Positions 51,101-60,878 are shown, numbered from the stretch's first letter. The stretch: 64,000 bases of DNA from Candidatus Poribacteria bacterium (GCA_965215015.1 OZ244042.1:736001-800000); one strand, 5' to 3'. The notes: generated by a model not told the origin, from the sequence alone. Numbers and translations: made by a program.

Positions 51101-51890
51101 TTTCACCTCATCAATGCACATCACGTTGGAATTCACTGATGAAGACCACGGAATCTTATCTAAGTCAACCGATTGGAGTATGTTTAATAAAAGCGTTCCA
51201 AAACGGAGTAATTTGCGAATTGACGAAGGTCATTTGCGTAGCGTAACTTTGAGTTATCATTTTGATAGCCGGAAGGGCCTTGCACATCAAATACGGGATT
51301 TCCCGAGTTTCCCGATACTCGATTCCCCTACCAGGTCCGGCTGGCAGGGGAATTTTTCCGTCGAATCCGCGGATAAACGGCTTAAAAGCGACTTTGATTT
51401 TAACCTCTATCGTTTTACGATTGTGCGCGACAATCAACTGTTGAGCAACCACTATCTGGACTTTCGTCTGGAGGGGGGCTTCTCTGATGGGCCGCTTCCC
51501 AGGCAACGCCTTCTTCCTCTGGGCGGAATTGGTTTACGCGGCTACGATTTCAAAGAATTCATTGGGAATAATATGCTCCTTTTCAATGTAGAATACCGGG
51601 TTCACTTTGGAAAAATCACATATCTGGATGAAAACGAAGGGCCACTAGGCGCGGTGAAGGCTTTCTTGGATACAGGATATACCTGGTTTGATGATGAAAG
51701 CCTCGCGCTCAATCGCTTTAATACATCAGTTGGGGTCGGATTGTCTTTCTTCATCCATCCGTCTTTTACCTTTCAGCTTGAAATCGCGCGTGCCTGGCAG
51801 AAAGGGCGTGCCATTACACCCTTCTTACGTCTGGCAGGGCGGAAGGAACATTACATTACTTCCCTCTTACGTCTGGCACGAATTTTTTGA
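48171..51890 (+). CDS. Omp85/BamA-TamA family outer-membrane protein with DUF4097-like and CBM9-like N-terminal domains and ~3 POTRA domains
   Basis: Signal peptide; TTSGNI/VGSINL/DGTISL beta repeats; PVIDGDL...WDEQYLYIG...DTLEILVDP...WRFN; IKVEGN, IRFSGN POTRA starts; LGGIGLRGY barrel loop motif; terminal Phe. Confidence 0.82.
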   Translation: MRTITNLVLIFYICLFYNLIHARTGNAQGLSQSIGVSFADSQNGTVPTNVPQAEVSLSRHGDNKTGTEEAVTQTTSEGNPLQYRSTSEQQTSYDDVYGLELALPVAGSVKVQAAAKEAIIVKLEKHGTGSNEEIVQTYLDTVELEISTKDDILLLTPRLPKSPDSDAKLTRLNCSIEAPPDLTLRIKTTSGNISVHRIRGDMVLTTMVGNVHLDEVMGAYQVSLQEGQIYGKILLTGGANTFETQVGSINLVVMDEIAAKMTLKTHDGTISLRLPESYPADLEIQVESTDQRAITIDLPVELETAYVGDVIQGWINDGGPLIQMTASQGITILPSQSVSTESETDDSEVEANDPYTEADLTPPPTVNIPHAFVQPVIDGDLFEKAWANSVPLSPFYKADATTQPDEQTQGFLLWDEQYLYIGARIYDSQMKRLPITQTNPDSPVWLDDTLEILVDPNPKTPTYHHLIINPIGTVFDQRIEADYSLDSNLKAAYERIAKPDWDSRVQVKTQIASTFWSVEVALPRNVLESPTSESWRFNLHRKMQGHSTESASKLAGEYSYWSPTYDKVRPWWPHWPDRLGVIHLAETKDSEPSQSFEFVEQFALAAIKVEGNGDIPTSELLEKIPFQPGDIISIDELSWLNRELEALDWFRDVHIETSEVAKETVEKPGGLSVRGEPNLPVTVAPRAGDSGDEPPPIPIFRVKLRIHVTEAPTVTVDRLDLDQNRYFISPFLRRAFGLKPGRTSVEGLEMKCQLIENLYRHHGYDLVRVLHQFSGTHLLVEVDEGHLDDIRFSGNRRIKHTELIDALGFKQGDAYSKRIGTARLNQMRARLNKNNLYFKRIKNWEVKREGDQNVLAIEVEERPRINVNWRPVFDFNRVHGLILGGGGALSTIEANAQIYGEVSNGLSSKIWNYQLGAEKTWFDRHALSIGGSVYKRADTNAYTGLSEGKEFLSALLFGDTFLDYYKREGYQARVKGNFTSSMHITLEFTDEDHGILSKSTDWSMFNKSVPKRSNLRIDEGHLRSVTLSYHFDSRKGLAHQIRDFPSFPILDSPTRSGWQGNFSVESADKRLKSDFDFNLYRFTIVRDNQLLSNHYLDFRLEGGFSDGPLPRQRLLPLGGIGLRGYDFKEFIGNNMLLFNVEYRVHFGKITYLDENEGPLGAVKAFLDTGYTWFDDESLALNRFNTSVGVGLSFFIHPSFTFQLEIARAWQKGRAITPFLRLAGRKEHYITSLLRLARIF

Positions 51891-51964
51891 AAAACCATCA
51901 GCGTCGTGTCTAATCTCGCTTTTAGGAAAGATAATTCGTAGAATCCCGAACTGGAGCACGAGTC

Positions 51965-54151
51965 TCACGGCTTTGAGAGTTTTACCGCCTTAATGCGACT
52001 ATTGTAGTGATCGCAAATCAACAGTATGTCTTTCCCGTAGAAACAGAGTCCGTGCGGTTCGTTCAGACTGGCTTCGGTGGCGGGGCCTCTATCCCCTGCG
52101 TCGCCCGGCGTATCGCTGCCGGCAACCGTTTGAAGCGTCCCATCGGCGGCGACCCGGCGGACCCGGTTGTTGCGCGAATCGGAAACGTATACACTCCCGT
52201 CCCCGGTGACCGCTAATCCCAACGGCTTGTGAAGCCGTGCCTCTAGGGCAGGCCTGCCATCGGGGGAAAACCCCGCCTCACCACAACCGACAACAGTCAT
52301 GATAATACCGTCGGTGTCCACCCTGCGCACAACATGGTGAGTGAGGTCGGAAAAATAAAGATTTCCCTTTGCATCAAACCGGAGTGCCGATGGGCTCCCG
52401 ATGCGCGCCGCTGTTGCGGGCCCTCCGTCCCCGGTGTAGCCTTGGACACCAACCCCTGCCACTGTGCTGATGTGCCCCATATCAGCGTCAATCCTGCGAA
52501 TCCGACCGGCAGCGTCTCCCAGATAGATATCCCCATCGGGTCCGTGTGTAACCGACCAAACAACCGTCAATCCAGCTCCTGAAGCCGGCCCGCCATCACC
52601 CTGATCTGCACCTTCGCCTGTTCCCGCCACAGTATGGATCACGCCATTCTTATCCACCCGTCGTACCCGCCCATTCAGTGTATCGGCTATTACAATACGG
52701 CCGCTCCTGTCTACCGATACATCGTAGGGATTCAAAAAGTACGCTTCAGTCGCAGGGGCATTGTCCCCTCCATAAGCTCTGCCGCCGCAGCCGACAACGG
52801 TTTGGATAATTCCGGTGACCGGATCAATTGCTCGTATTCGATCGTTCTGCATATCCGCAAAATAGATATGTCCGTCCGGACCGACACAAATCCCCCTTGG
52901 ACAAGAGAGGAACGCCTCGGTAGATGGACCCCCATCACGGATGTTGTCGCCCCCCAAAACAGTCGTTACGACGCCGGTTTGGGGGTCAACCCGGCGTAAA
53001 CGCCCTGAAGAATCACTGTAGAAAACAGTGCCATCGGGATCAGCCCAGATGCCGGACTCGATGGGATTGCATTTCGTTTTAGGCCCGGGCACCCCCTCTT
53101 CACCCCAACCGGGGATGCCGGTCCCCGCGAGCGTCGTCACAATACCGGTTTGGGCATCCACTTTACGCACTCTGAGACCACCGACCTCACCAACATACAG
53201 ATTGTCGTGAACATCAATGAAGATAGCGTCCGGCGTATGTGTGCTTGCCTCAACGGCAGGGCAACCATCGCCGTTGGACGCCGCTTGACCTGTGCCGAAA
53301 ACGGTTGTAATTGTTCCTGTCTGCATATTAATCTTGCGAACCCGATTGTTGCCGTTATCGCAGACATAGAGATCGCCTTTGGAGTCGAATGCTAGATGTT
53401 CAGGGAATCCGAAGGCTGCCTCCGACGCTGGCCCGCCATCGCCATGAAACCCGGCGAAGGTGTAGTTGGCACCGCTGTAGGGTCGGCTGATTCCCTGCTC
53501 CAACGGATAGTGACGGGTATTCTGACCTGCGAAGGTTTCAATGATACCGGTCTTTGCATCGACTCGCCGCACATTGCTATCCCATTTACCACACACAAAG
53601 ATATTTCCCTCGGTATCAACCGCCACGCCGGTTGTCGTGTCAAACTCAGCACCGAGTGCAGGGCCTCCATCTCCGCCCCGTCCCATCGCCCCCGAACCAA
53701 CCACGCGGGTGATGATACCGGTCTTATAATCGATACGCCGGACTGTATTCGGGCCTTCGTCGGGGCCTCTCGCGCCCAGTTGAGAAAAGAAAAGGTTACC
53801 CTCTTTGTCCAGGCAAAAGTCGTGAGGCGTGTACACCCGCGCATCAATGGCGGGGCCACCATCGCCAGAAACCCCTGGCACACCGTCTCCGGCGAAGGTA
53901 TGCAACATACCGTCCTGATCGATGCGCCAGATACGGTGGGTACGGATGTCGGCGACGATTAGGTCCCCATCAGGGCGTCGTACTACGCCCATGGGCCAGC
54001 CGATATCTGCGTCCTTAGCGGGTATGCCATCGCAGTAGCCGACCCCTGCAATACTGACGATGGTATTGGTTTGCAGTATCTCGAGAAGTTTAGGTTGATT
54101 CAATGTTGTTAGCTCCCCATCTGATAAGGGCGCGGACAGGTTGTTACACAC
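51965..54151 (-). CDS. NHL-repeat (teneurin-like beta-propeller) protein
   Basis: More than 10 repeats of AGxG...GDGGPA..A...P.G...D. Confidence 0.9.
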   Translation of the reverse strand: MCNNLSAPLSDGELTTLNQPKLLEILQTNTIVSIAGVGYCDGIPAKDADIGWPMGVVRRPDGDLIVADIRTHRIWRIDQDGMLHTFAGDGVPGVSGDGGPAIDARVYTPHDFCLDKEGNLFFSQLGARGPDEGPNTVRRIDYKTGIITRVVGSGAMGRGGDGGPALGAEFDTTTGVAVDTEGNIFVCGKWDSNVRRVDAKTGIIETFAGQNTRHYPLEQGISRPYSGANYTFAGFHGDGGPASEAAFGFPEHLAFDSKGDLYVCDNGNNRVRKINMQTGTITTVFGTGQAASNGDGCPAVEASTHTPDAIFIDVHDNLYVGEVGGLRVRKVDAQTGIVTTLAGTGIPGWGEEGVPGPKTKCNPIESGIWADPDGTVFYSDSSGRLRRVDPQTGVVTTVLGGDNIRDGGPSTEAFLSCPRGICVGPDGHIYFADMQNDRIRAIDPVTGIIQTVVGCGGRAYGGDNAPATEAYFLNPYDVSVDRSGRIVIADTLNGRVRRVDKNGVIHTVAGTGEGADQGDGGPASGAGLTVVWSVTHGPDGDIYLGDAAGRIRRIDADMGHISTVAGVGVQGYTGDGGPATAARIGSPSALRFDAKGNLYFSDLTHHVVRRVDTDGIIMTVVGCGEAGFSPDGRPALEARLHKPLGLAVTGDGSVYVSDSRNNRVRRVAADGTLQTVAGSDTPGDAGDRGPATEASLNEPHGLCFYGKDILLICDHYNSRIKAVKLSKP

Positions 54152-54172
54152 GCCAAAACTTTCCTGAAAGTG

Positions 54173-54961
54173 TTACCTATCCAAAAAGTAGAAATGATTG
54201 GTGGGGCCGTGTCCCCCCCCGATGTCAAGGGAATAACGGATAGCGTTAGTGATGTAATGTTTCGCGGCCTGAACGGCAGCTACAAGATCTTTTCCGAGTC
54301 CAAGGTGCGTGGCGATTGCTGCGGAGTAGGTGCAGCCCGTTCCATGTGTATTTTTCGTCTCAATCCGCTCCGCTTCAAAGAGGGTAAAAGTTCCATCCGT
54401 GTACAGAACATCGGTTGATTTTTCTCCTGAGAGATGCCCTCCTTTGACTAATACACCTTGGCATCCATATCTTTGAATCATCTCCGCTGCGGCCTTCGCA
54501 TCATCAATTGTTTGGATTTCGCATTTGGCGAGTAGTTTGGCTTCATCAACATTGGGCATGACGACCGTTGCAAGCGGTAGCAGCTCCGCTTGCAAACGCT
54601 CAATGGCATCTGGTTTGAGTAAGGGGTACTTACTTTTGGAGAACGTTACGGGATCGATTACGATATGTTTTGGCGAATATTCACGCAACTTCTCCGCAAC
54701 AGTTCCCACGATTTCCGCTGACGAGAGCATCCCCGTTTTGAGGGCTGCGATGTCAAAGTCGGAGAAGATAGCATCGATCTGGGCATCAATGAGATCGGTT
54801 GGTAGGTCAAAGGCGCGAGTTACTTCACGTGTATTCTGTGCCGTAACTGACGTGATGACGGAGAGCCCAAAACCACCGTTGGCGTGGATGGATTTGAGGT
54901 CGGCTTGAATTCCTGCGCCGCCTCCTGAGTCTGAGCCAGCAATTGTCAAGATCTGTTTCAT
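54173..54961 (-). CDS. thiD: Hydroxymethylpyrimidine/phosphomethylpyrimidine kinase
   Basis: LTIAGSDSGGGAGIQADLK, TAQNT, KGGHL, THGTGC. Confidence 0.96.
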   Translation of the reverse strand: MKQILTIAGSDSGGGAGIQADLKSIHANGGFGLSVITSVTAQNTREVTRAFDLPTDLIDAQIDAIFSDFDIAALKTGMLSSAEIVGTVAEKLREYSPKHIVIDPVTFSKSKYPLLKPDAIERLQAELLPLATVVMPNVDEAKLLAKCEIQTIDDAKAAAEMIQRYGCQGVLVKGGHLSGEKSTDVLYTDGTFTLFEAERIETKNTHGTGCTYSAAIATHLGLGKDLVAAVQAAKHYITNAIRYSLDIGGGHGPTNHFYFLDR

Positions 54962-54977
54962 GTGGGGCCTCTTGTCG

Positions 54978-55646
54978 TTATTCCAGCAGCTGTCGTAGAT
55001 ACACCCTCGCCTGCTGTGCACCGTTTTCCGGTGACATCACCCCGGACATCACCGCCACCCCATAGGCACCGGCATCGAGGCATTCTGAAACCCGTTCAGG
55101 CGTTATTCCACCCAACGCAAAGACAGGTATGTTGATCTCTTCTGTAACTGTTCGCAGACCGTCCAACCCAACGGCGGGACCGTAACCCGGCTTACTGAGC
55201 GTCGGATAAATTGGACTATAGGTGATAAAATTCGCGCCTTCCATTTCCCGCTGCTTCGCTTCGGTTAGTGAGTGGACAGACCCGCCGATGATAAAGCGGT
55301 GCCTCGTTTCCTCAATCACCTTTCGCACGGACGCTGAATTTCCCGGCAGATGGAGACCATCTGCACCGATGCTCATAGCTATCTTGATACGTGAGTTAAT
55401 GAACAGTTGGCCGGAATAGGCGTGACAGAGCTTGCAGAGGGGTTCAGCCAATTTGATATACTCAGCGTCGTTCAGGTCTTTTTCCCTGAGTTGGATCGCG
55501 GACACCCCTACATCTAAGAGGTCATGGATGGTATCGTACAGGGTCCGTGGCGCGCAGAGTTGTCGATTGGTGATAACGTAGAGATTGAAACGAAGTGGAT
55601 GGGGGGGCGAAGGGTTTGTAGTAGCTTCCACTGTTTGGCGGTGCAC
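54978..55646 (-). CDS. thiE: Thiamine-phosphate synthase
   Basis: LYVIT, IQLREKD, ADGLHL, SVHS, PTLSK, ALGGI. Confidence 0.85.
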   Translation of the reverse strand: MHRQTVEATTNPSPPHPLRFNLYVITNRQLCAPRTLYDTIHDLLDVGVSAIQLREKDLNDAEYIKLAEPLCKLCHAYSGQLFINSRIKIAMSIGADGLHLPGNSASVRKVIEETRHRFIIGGSVHSLTEAKQREMEGANFITYSPIYPTLSKPGYGPAVGLDGLRTVTEEINIPVFALGGITPERVSECLDAGAYGVAVMSGVMSPENGAQQARVYLRQLLE

Positions 55647-55680
55647 TGTCTTTTTTGATATTTTCTATGTTCTCTTCCGA

Positions 55681-56742
55681 TTACTCCAGAGGTTCATTTT
55701 GTTTAACAACCACCGCAGGTTCAACGGCTTGAAGCGTCACCTGAGCACCCACTTGGAGTGGACAGCAGTAGTCGGTTTGCACGACATAATCCTCTGTCCC
55801 AATCTTCACCCGATAGGTCAGATCATGCCCTTTGAACTCACGCATGACAATTTCGCCGACGCCGTTACAGCGAGCTTTTGTCTCCGGTTGAGCCATGACT
55901 AGATGTTCGGGCCGAATCGAGAGGAGTACTTTGCCACGCGCTGATGGCGCGATCTGGAATCTGCCCAAGGGTGTCTCAGCATAGTCTCCTTCCGCTTCAC
56001 CGGCGATCAGATTGGTTACGCCTAGAAAGTCTGCTACGAATGATGTTTGTGGACGGTGGTAAACTGTCTCAGGCGTACCAATTTGTTCAATACGTCCGTC
56101 CTGCATGACCGCCAACCGGTCTGCGAAGCAGAGGGCTTCCTCCTGATCATGCGTGACAAACACCGCGCTCATCCCCGCATCCTTCAAGAGGGCTCGAATC
56201 TCCTCGCGTGTGGCGTGCCGCCTCCCGGCATCAAGGTTAGAAAATGGTTCATCTAGTAGGATGAGTTTGGGACTAGGGGCAATTGAGCGAGCCAGTGCCA
56301 CCCGCTGCTGCTGGCCTCCGGAAAGTTCGTGTGGTTTCCGATCTTTGAAGGCGGTCATTCCCACCATCCCTAACACTGTCATGACACGCTCATCGCGTAA
56401 TTTTGGGGGCAGCTTTTTTAGCCCGAAAGCGACATTCTGCGCCACATTGAGGTGTGGAAAGAGCGCGTACTCTTGGAAAACAATCCCAACCCCTCGGGCT
56501 TCGGGCGGCAGGTGGGTCTTGAATCCTTCAAAGCATTGCCCATCTACGCAAATCTCTCCCGCATCAGCACGCTCGAATCCGGCAATCAGGCGTAGCGTTG
56601 TTGTCTTTCCGCAGCCACTCGGTCCCAGAAGGGCAAAGATTTCGCTAGCGTAAACATCGAAACAGAGGTTCTCGACCACTGGGGGCAGGTTATGAGCGAA
56701 TCGTTTGGTGATGTTGCGGATATTAAGCAGAGGCTGCATCAT
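55681..56742 (-). CDS. fbpC: Fe3+ ABC transporter ATP-binding subunit
   Basis: GPSGCGKT, LSGGQQQR, LLDEPF, TOBE-like tail. Confidence 0.85.
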   Translation of the reverse strand: MMQPLLNIRNITKRFAHNLPPVVENLCFDVYASEIFALLGPSGCGKTTTLRLIAGFERADAGEICVDGQCFEGFKTHLPPEARGVGIVFQEYALFPHLNVAQNVAFGLKKLPPKLRDERVMTVLGMVGMTAFKDRKPHELSGGQQQRVALARSIAPSPKLILLDEPFSNLDAGRRHATREEIRALLKDAGMSAVFVTHDQEEALCFADRLAVMQDGRIEQIGTPETVYHRPQTSFVADFLGVTNLIAGEAEGDYAETPLGRFQIAPSARGKVLLSIRPEHLVMAQPETKARCNGVGEIVMREFKGHDLTYRVKIGTEDYVVQTDYCCPLQVGAQVTLQAVEPAVVVKQNEPLE

Positions 56743-56871
56743 AACTCCTTCAATACCGTGTTAGGCGGGTAAGGGGCCATCCACTCAACACACCAGGTGC
56801 AACGCAAGATGTAATACGTGAATGACTCATTGAAGTCTTGAACTTCTTGGCTCTCATTCCGTCTATTTGCT

Positions 56872-57086
56872 GGTTCTGTTGACATTTGGGTGTCGAGATA
56901 TGAATCTCGACCGCCAGGCTATCTGCCGGTATTAGACAGATCGGGAGGGTCGGGCATCTTGCCCGACCTATGGGTATAGTGTTAGGTTTCACTTTTGTGT
57001 TTGATACGGATTCGCTTTTACCGTTCAATCCAACTCCCTTCCGAGAGGCTCCGATCGACGTACTGTCAAATGTCAATACGCCCTAG
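56872..57086. mobile_element. MITE-like element between the permease and ATPase genes
   Basis: GGTTCTGTTGACATTTG ... CAAATGTCAATACGCCCTAG imperfect terminal inverted repeats; homologous to 3831-3993. Confidence 0.65.
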
Positions 57087-58679
57087 TTATGTGGGTGCTT
57101 TTGGATATTCATACGATGTTCTTGCATCCTGCATTAACAACAACCCCACAAACAGTGCCGAGCAGAGCACAATTGCAAGCGCATACCGCGCGCCTTCAGC
57201 GAACATCGCTTCCGTTGTGTAACTCCAGACGTTCACCGCCAAGGTCTCATACCCTGCAGGCGAAAGCAGGAAGGTCAGCGGAAGCTCCTTCATTCCTGCG
57301 AGAAAAACGAAAGCGATACTGACAATGAACCCGCCGCGCAGCAGTGGAAAGGTGGATTTGAAAAACGCCTTGAGAGGTCGATAGCCGAGCGATCTGGCGG
57401 CTTCCTCCAAACGGGGTGAGGCTTGGTAGAGCGCGCTGCGGACGGGACCGATCGCCTCTGCGAGAAAATGCATGGTATAGGCATAGATCAAGATCCAAAG
57501 CGTCTGATAAACCGCCGGTACTCCTCGAAAAAAGAAGATGAGCGCAAGTGCAAACGCCAGCGGTGGTGTCGCATAACCGATATACGCCCCGCGTTCCAGT
57601 GTACGACAGATCGAAGATGAATATCGCACACCTAAGTAAGCCAAAGGAAGGGCGAGCGCACCGGTGAGGAAGGCCGCGGGCGTTGATACCAAAAGAGAAC
57701 CAGAGAGTGCTTGAAGGAAATCCTGCATATATGAATCGTCAACCCCCTTGAGGGTCCAGAAGCCAATCGTTACAATGGGGGCGACCACACTAGCAAGCGT
57801 CAAAGTACCGAGATAAATGTAGGTGGGTATCTTCCAAATCCCCAGAGAGATTGGGTTGGCTTGATGTGATGTGCCGCTGCCTATGCGGTGAAACTGGCTT
57901 CCGCGCAACAATCGCCCTTCGAGATAGAGTAAGCTGCCCGTGAGCGCGAGAAGCATCAGCGCAAGCCACGCAGCGTAGGTGCGGTCGAAAGCGGCGGTAT
58001 ATTGCGTGTAAAGGGCAAAGCTAAAGGTCTCGTATCGCATCAGAGATACCACTCCGAAGTCCCCGAGCACGTGCAATCCAACGAGGAGTCCACCGGCATA
58101 GAGAGCGGGGCGAAGTTGCGGCAAAATTGCGCGGAGGAATACCTCCCGAGATTTGCTGCCGAGGCTATAAGCAGATTCTTCAATCGCAGGATCTAACCCC
58201 AATAGTGCTGTCCGGAGGTTTAACAAGAGGTAAGGGGCGGTGTAAAAACTGAGAGCGATGAGGGCACCCCAGTATCCTCGTAGATTTGGAAAACTCGGTC
58301 CAAACAGATTTGCAAAAGTGCCGTGGGGGCCGCTTAAACCCAGCAAAGCATAAGCCATCACATAGCCGGGGATTGCCAGCGGCAACACCCCAAGCAACGT
58401 AAAAATCCGCTTGCCTTTAAGATCCGTCCGTGTTGTTACCCATGCGAGCGGTGCTACCAGCAGTATACCGGTTCCGACAACCCCGATGACGAGGAGGAGG
58501 GTATTCCCCAGAAGGTGCACGGTCCGGGCGCGAAAGACGATTTGGATTAACTCCCCCGTTTCCGCCTCAAACGCTCTAACGAGGAGGTAAATCAACGGCA
58601 GCAGCACTCCGGTCCCAACGGCAACTCCGGGGACGAGAAAATACCATGGTGGAAAAGGACGTGTCTCAGAAAAAATCAC
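57087..58679 (-). CDS. fbpB: Fe3+ ABC transporter permease
   Basis: Duplicated TM domains with EESAYSLG and EEAARSLG motifs, DFG, MKELP. Confidence 0.88.
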   Translation of the reverse strand: MIFSETRPFPPWYFLVPGVAVGTGVLLPLIYLLVRAFEAETGELIQIVFRARTVHLLGNTLLLVIGVVGTGILLVAPLAWVTTRTDLKGKRIFTLLGVLPLAIPGYVMAYALLGLSGPHGTFANLFGPSFPNLRGYWGALIALSFYTAPYLLLNLRTALLGLDPAIEESAYSLGSKSREVFLRAILPQLRPALYAGGLLVGLHVLGDFGVVSLMRYETFSFALYTQYTAAFDRTYAAWLALMLLALTGSLLYLEGRLLRGSQFHRIGSGTSHQANPISLGIWKIPTYIYLGTLTLASVVAPIVTIGFWTLKGVDDSYMQDFLQALSGSLLVSTPAAFLTGALALPLAYLGVRYSSSICRTLERGAYIGYATPPLAFALALIFFFRGVPAVYQTLWILIYAYTMHFLAEAIGPVRSALYQASPRLEEAARSLGYRPLKAFFKSTFPLLRGGFIVSIAFVFLAGMKELPLTFLLSPAGYETLAVNVWSYTTEAMFAEGARYALAIVLCSALFVGLLLMQDARTSYEYPKAPT

Positions 58680-59674
58680 AGAATCTCCGCCTTGCGCAGA
58701 AGTTTCAAGGTGCCTTCTAGGTCGTCCAACTTTTCTAGGTTGAGTTCGGGCGTAAGTTTCAAGAGTTCATCCAGTGGCAGCAATTTGTCGCTAGGAATGA
58801 CTGCATCCGTGATGGGGTACTCAAAGACCTCGCTGATGAAGAACTGCTGCACTGTTGAGGATAACAGGAATTGAACGAAGCTGTCGACCTCTTCCGCGTG
58901 ACTACTGCTTTTCAGGATGCCAATTCCAGCGACATTGACAAGATTTCCTGCATCGCCGGACGTAAAGAAAGTTTGCTCAACGGGAAATTGGGAATCACTC
59001 TTTTTGAAGCGCATCAAGTAATAGTGGTTGGGCAAACCGAGGTCAATTTCCCCAGCGGCAAGTGCCCGAATAATAGGTGTATTCTTCGGGTAGCTTTTCG
59101 CACCGTTTGCCTTCATGCCTCGCAGCCATTCCTCCGCTTTTCCCTCCCCTTCAAGGACGCGCATCGCTGTTACGAAGGCTTGAAATGATGCGTTCTGTGG
59201 GGCCCAACCGACTCGTCCCCTCCACTTTGCATCGGTCAAATCAAAGATGCTGTTGGGCAATTCCTCCGCCTTGACGCGTTCAGGCGCATACGCGAGGACA
59301 CGCGCGCGACCACTTGTCGCAATCCACGTCCCTTCGGAATTGCGAAACTTGTCGGGAACTTTCGAGGTGGTAGATTCGGGTAATGTCTGAAACAACCCTT
59401 GCTTGCTAACTGCACCGAGTGCTCCTGCATCTTGCGCCCAGAAAAGATCGGCGGGGCTTTTGGCTCCCTCCTCTAACAAAGCCACCGCAAGTTGAGCGGT
59501 ATTGCCGTAGCGCACCTTGACCGTGATGCCGGTCTCCTTCTCGAACTGCTTGATGATAGGGTGAACCAACCCCTTGCTCCGTCCTGAATAGACGACCAAT
59601 TCTCTGGTATCGGTTGCATTGACCGTCCACACAGTTAGGAATAGCCCTAGAATTCCAACCAGATATCTTAGCAT
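58676..59674 (-). CDS. fbpA: Fe3+ ABC transporter substrate-binding protein (FbpA/FutA-like)
   Basis: Signal peptide, LVVYSGR, SPADLF, NHYY tyrosine pair, EYP. Confidence 0.88.
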   Translation of the reverse strand: MLRYLVGILGLFLTVWTVNATDTRELVVYSGRSKGLVHPIIKQFEKETGITVKVRYGNTAQLAVALLEEGAKSPADLFWAQDAGALGAVSKQGLFQTLPESTTSKVPDKFRNSEGTWIATSGRARVLAYAPERVKAEELPNSIFDLTDAKWRGRVGWAPQNASFQAFVTAMRVLEGEGKAEEWLRGMKANGAKSYPKNTPIIRALAAGEIDLGLPNHYYLMRFKKSDSQFPVEQTFFTSGDAGNLVNVAGIGILKSSSHAEEVDSFVQFLLSSTVQQFFISEVFEYPITDAVIPSDKLLPLDELLKLTPELNLEKLDDLEGTLKLLRKAEIL

Positions 59675-59717
59675 TGTAACCTCCGAAAATTATACAGTTG
59701 TTTTATACCGTGCTATT

Positions 59718-59736
59718 GATATTGAGATTCAGTTTC
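59718..59736. promoter_or_regulatory. Putative Fur box
   Basis: GATATTGAGATTCAGTTTC matches GATAATGATAATCATTATC at 14/19, about 45 bp upstream of fbpA. Confidence 0.65.
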
Positions 59737-59856
59737 AACAAAACGATTATAATTATACCCTGTATTAATCGGTTTGTCAAAGAATATCTGATCTGCATCA
59801 GAAATTTTTTGCTACCCTATTACTGTGACACACCTTGCGGCAGTGGGTTTCCCAAT

Positions 59857-60840
59857 TCAATCCTTATAAACCGATTCACGCAACCCTTTAATATAACCGA
59901 TGGCAAACAACCGTCCAAGTGATGAATATCCAGCGTGTTCGTTGCTATCGCCCTCCATTGTTGGCACATGGTCGGGACGCAGTACGCCGTTGAACCCAAT
60001 CTCCCGATACGCCTCCAAACACGCTAGCATATCGGTTTTGCCATCGTCGTGGAAGGTCTCCTTGAATCGCTCCGGTGTCCCTCTTACATCACGTAGATGC
60101 ACGAAAAAGATTTTGTCCTGCTCCCCGAAATGACGGATGACCGACGGAAGATTGTCTGTCATCAGTGTAAAGTTGCCCTGACAGAGCGTGATTCCGTTCA
60201 CCGGACTCGGCACCAGATCAATCAGACGCTGATAGTTCTCAACGCTCCGCATAATCCGCCCAATCCCCCGGATGGGAGAAAGCGGCGGGTCATCGGGATG
60301 CATCGCCAATTTGACGTTTGCCTTTTCAGCTACCGGCACAACGCGCTCAAGGAAGTATTTCAGGTTATCCCACAATTGCTCCTCAGTAACAACGCCGTAT
60401 TCGGTGTTTGGCTCGTCACGCATCTGCTCATTGTCGTAACCTGTTACTAGTGCGCCACCGCGCGAGGGTATTTCTGTGGAGGTACGCATCCAGTTGAACA
60501 CCGCCATCCACTCATAACACCAGACAGGAAGCCCCAACCTTCCCATATTACGGATGAGTTCGCAGGCGGTCTCGATTTCTTCGTCCTGTCCGGGCAATCC
60601 GAGCTTGGCTTTGTTCAACGGTGGACGACTCTCAATGACAGCGAGTTCAAATCCCCCGTCCTCGTAAGCCTTCTTGACCCGTGAGAGCGAATTATACCCC
60701 CACGGACGTTCCTCTAGCGGCAAATTTTCTGTATCGTTCTGGAAGTCCATCGCGCCGACGGCATAATCAACTCCGCACTGCTTGACCATTTTCCACAACG
60801 GTGAGGGTTGCGGACCGAGCATCTCTGCAATTTGAATCAT
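59857..60840 (-). CDS. uxuA: Mannonate dehydratase
   Basis: [34 protein letters not shown]. Confidence 0.9.
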   Translation of the reverse strand: MIQIAEMLGPQPSPLWKMVKQCGVDYAVGAMDFQNDTENLPLEERPWGYNSLSRVKKAYEDGGFELAVIESRPPLNKAKLGLPGQDEEIETACELIRNMGRLGLPVWCYEWMAVFNWMRTSTEIPSRGGALVTGYDNEQMRDEPNTEYGVVTEEQLWDNLKYFLERVVPVAEKANVKLAMHPDDPPLSPIRGIGRIMRSVENYQRLIDLVPSPVNGITLCQGNFTLMTDNLPSVIRHFGEQDKIFFVHLRDVRGTPERFKETFHDDGKTDMLACLEAYREIGFNGVLRPDHVPTMEGDSNEHAGYSSLGRLFAIGYIKGLRESVYKD

Positions 60841-60878
60841 ATACCTTTTCCTTTCTTAAATCAGTGAACCAATATGTT

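Noticed and set aside
55681-59674. Thiamine ABC transporter (ThiBPQ), suggested by adjacent thiE/thiD
   Set aside because: The binding protein has the FbpA/FutA NHYY iron-ligand motif and a Fur-like box upstream.
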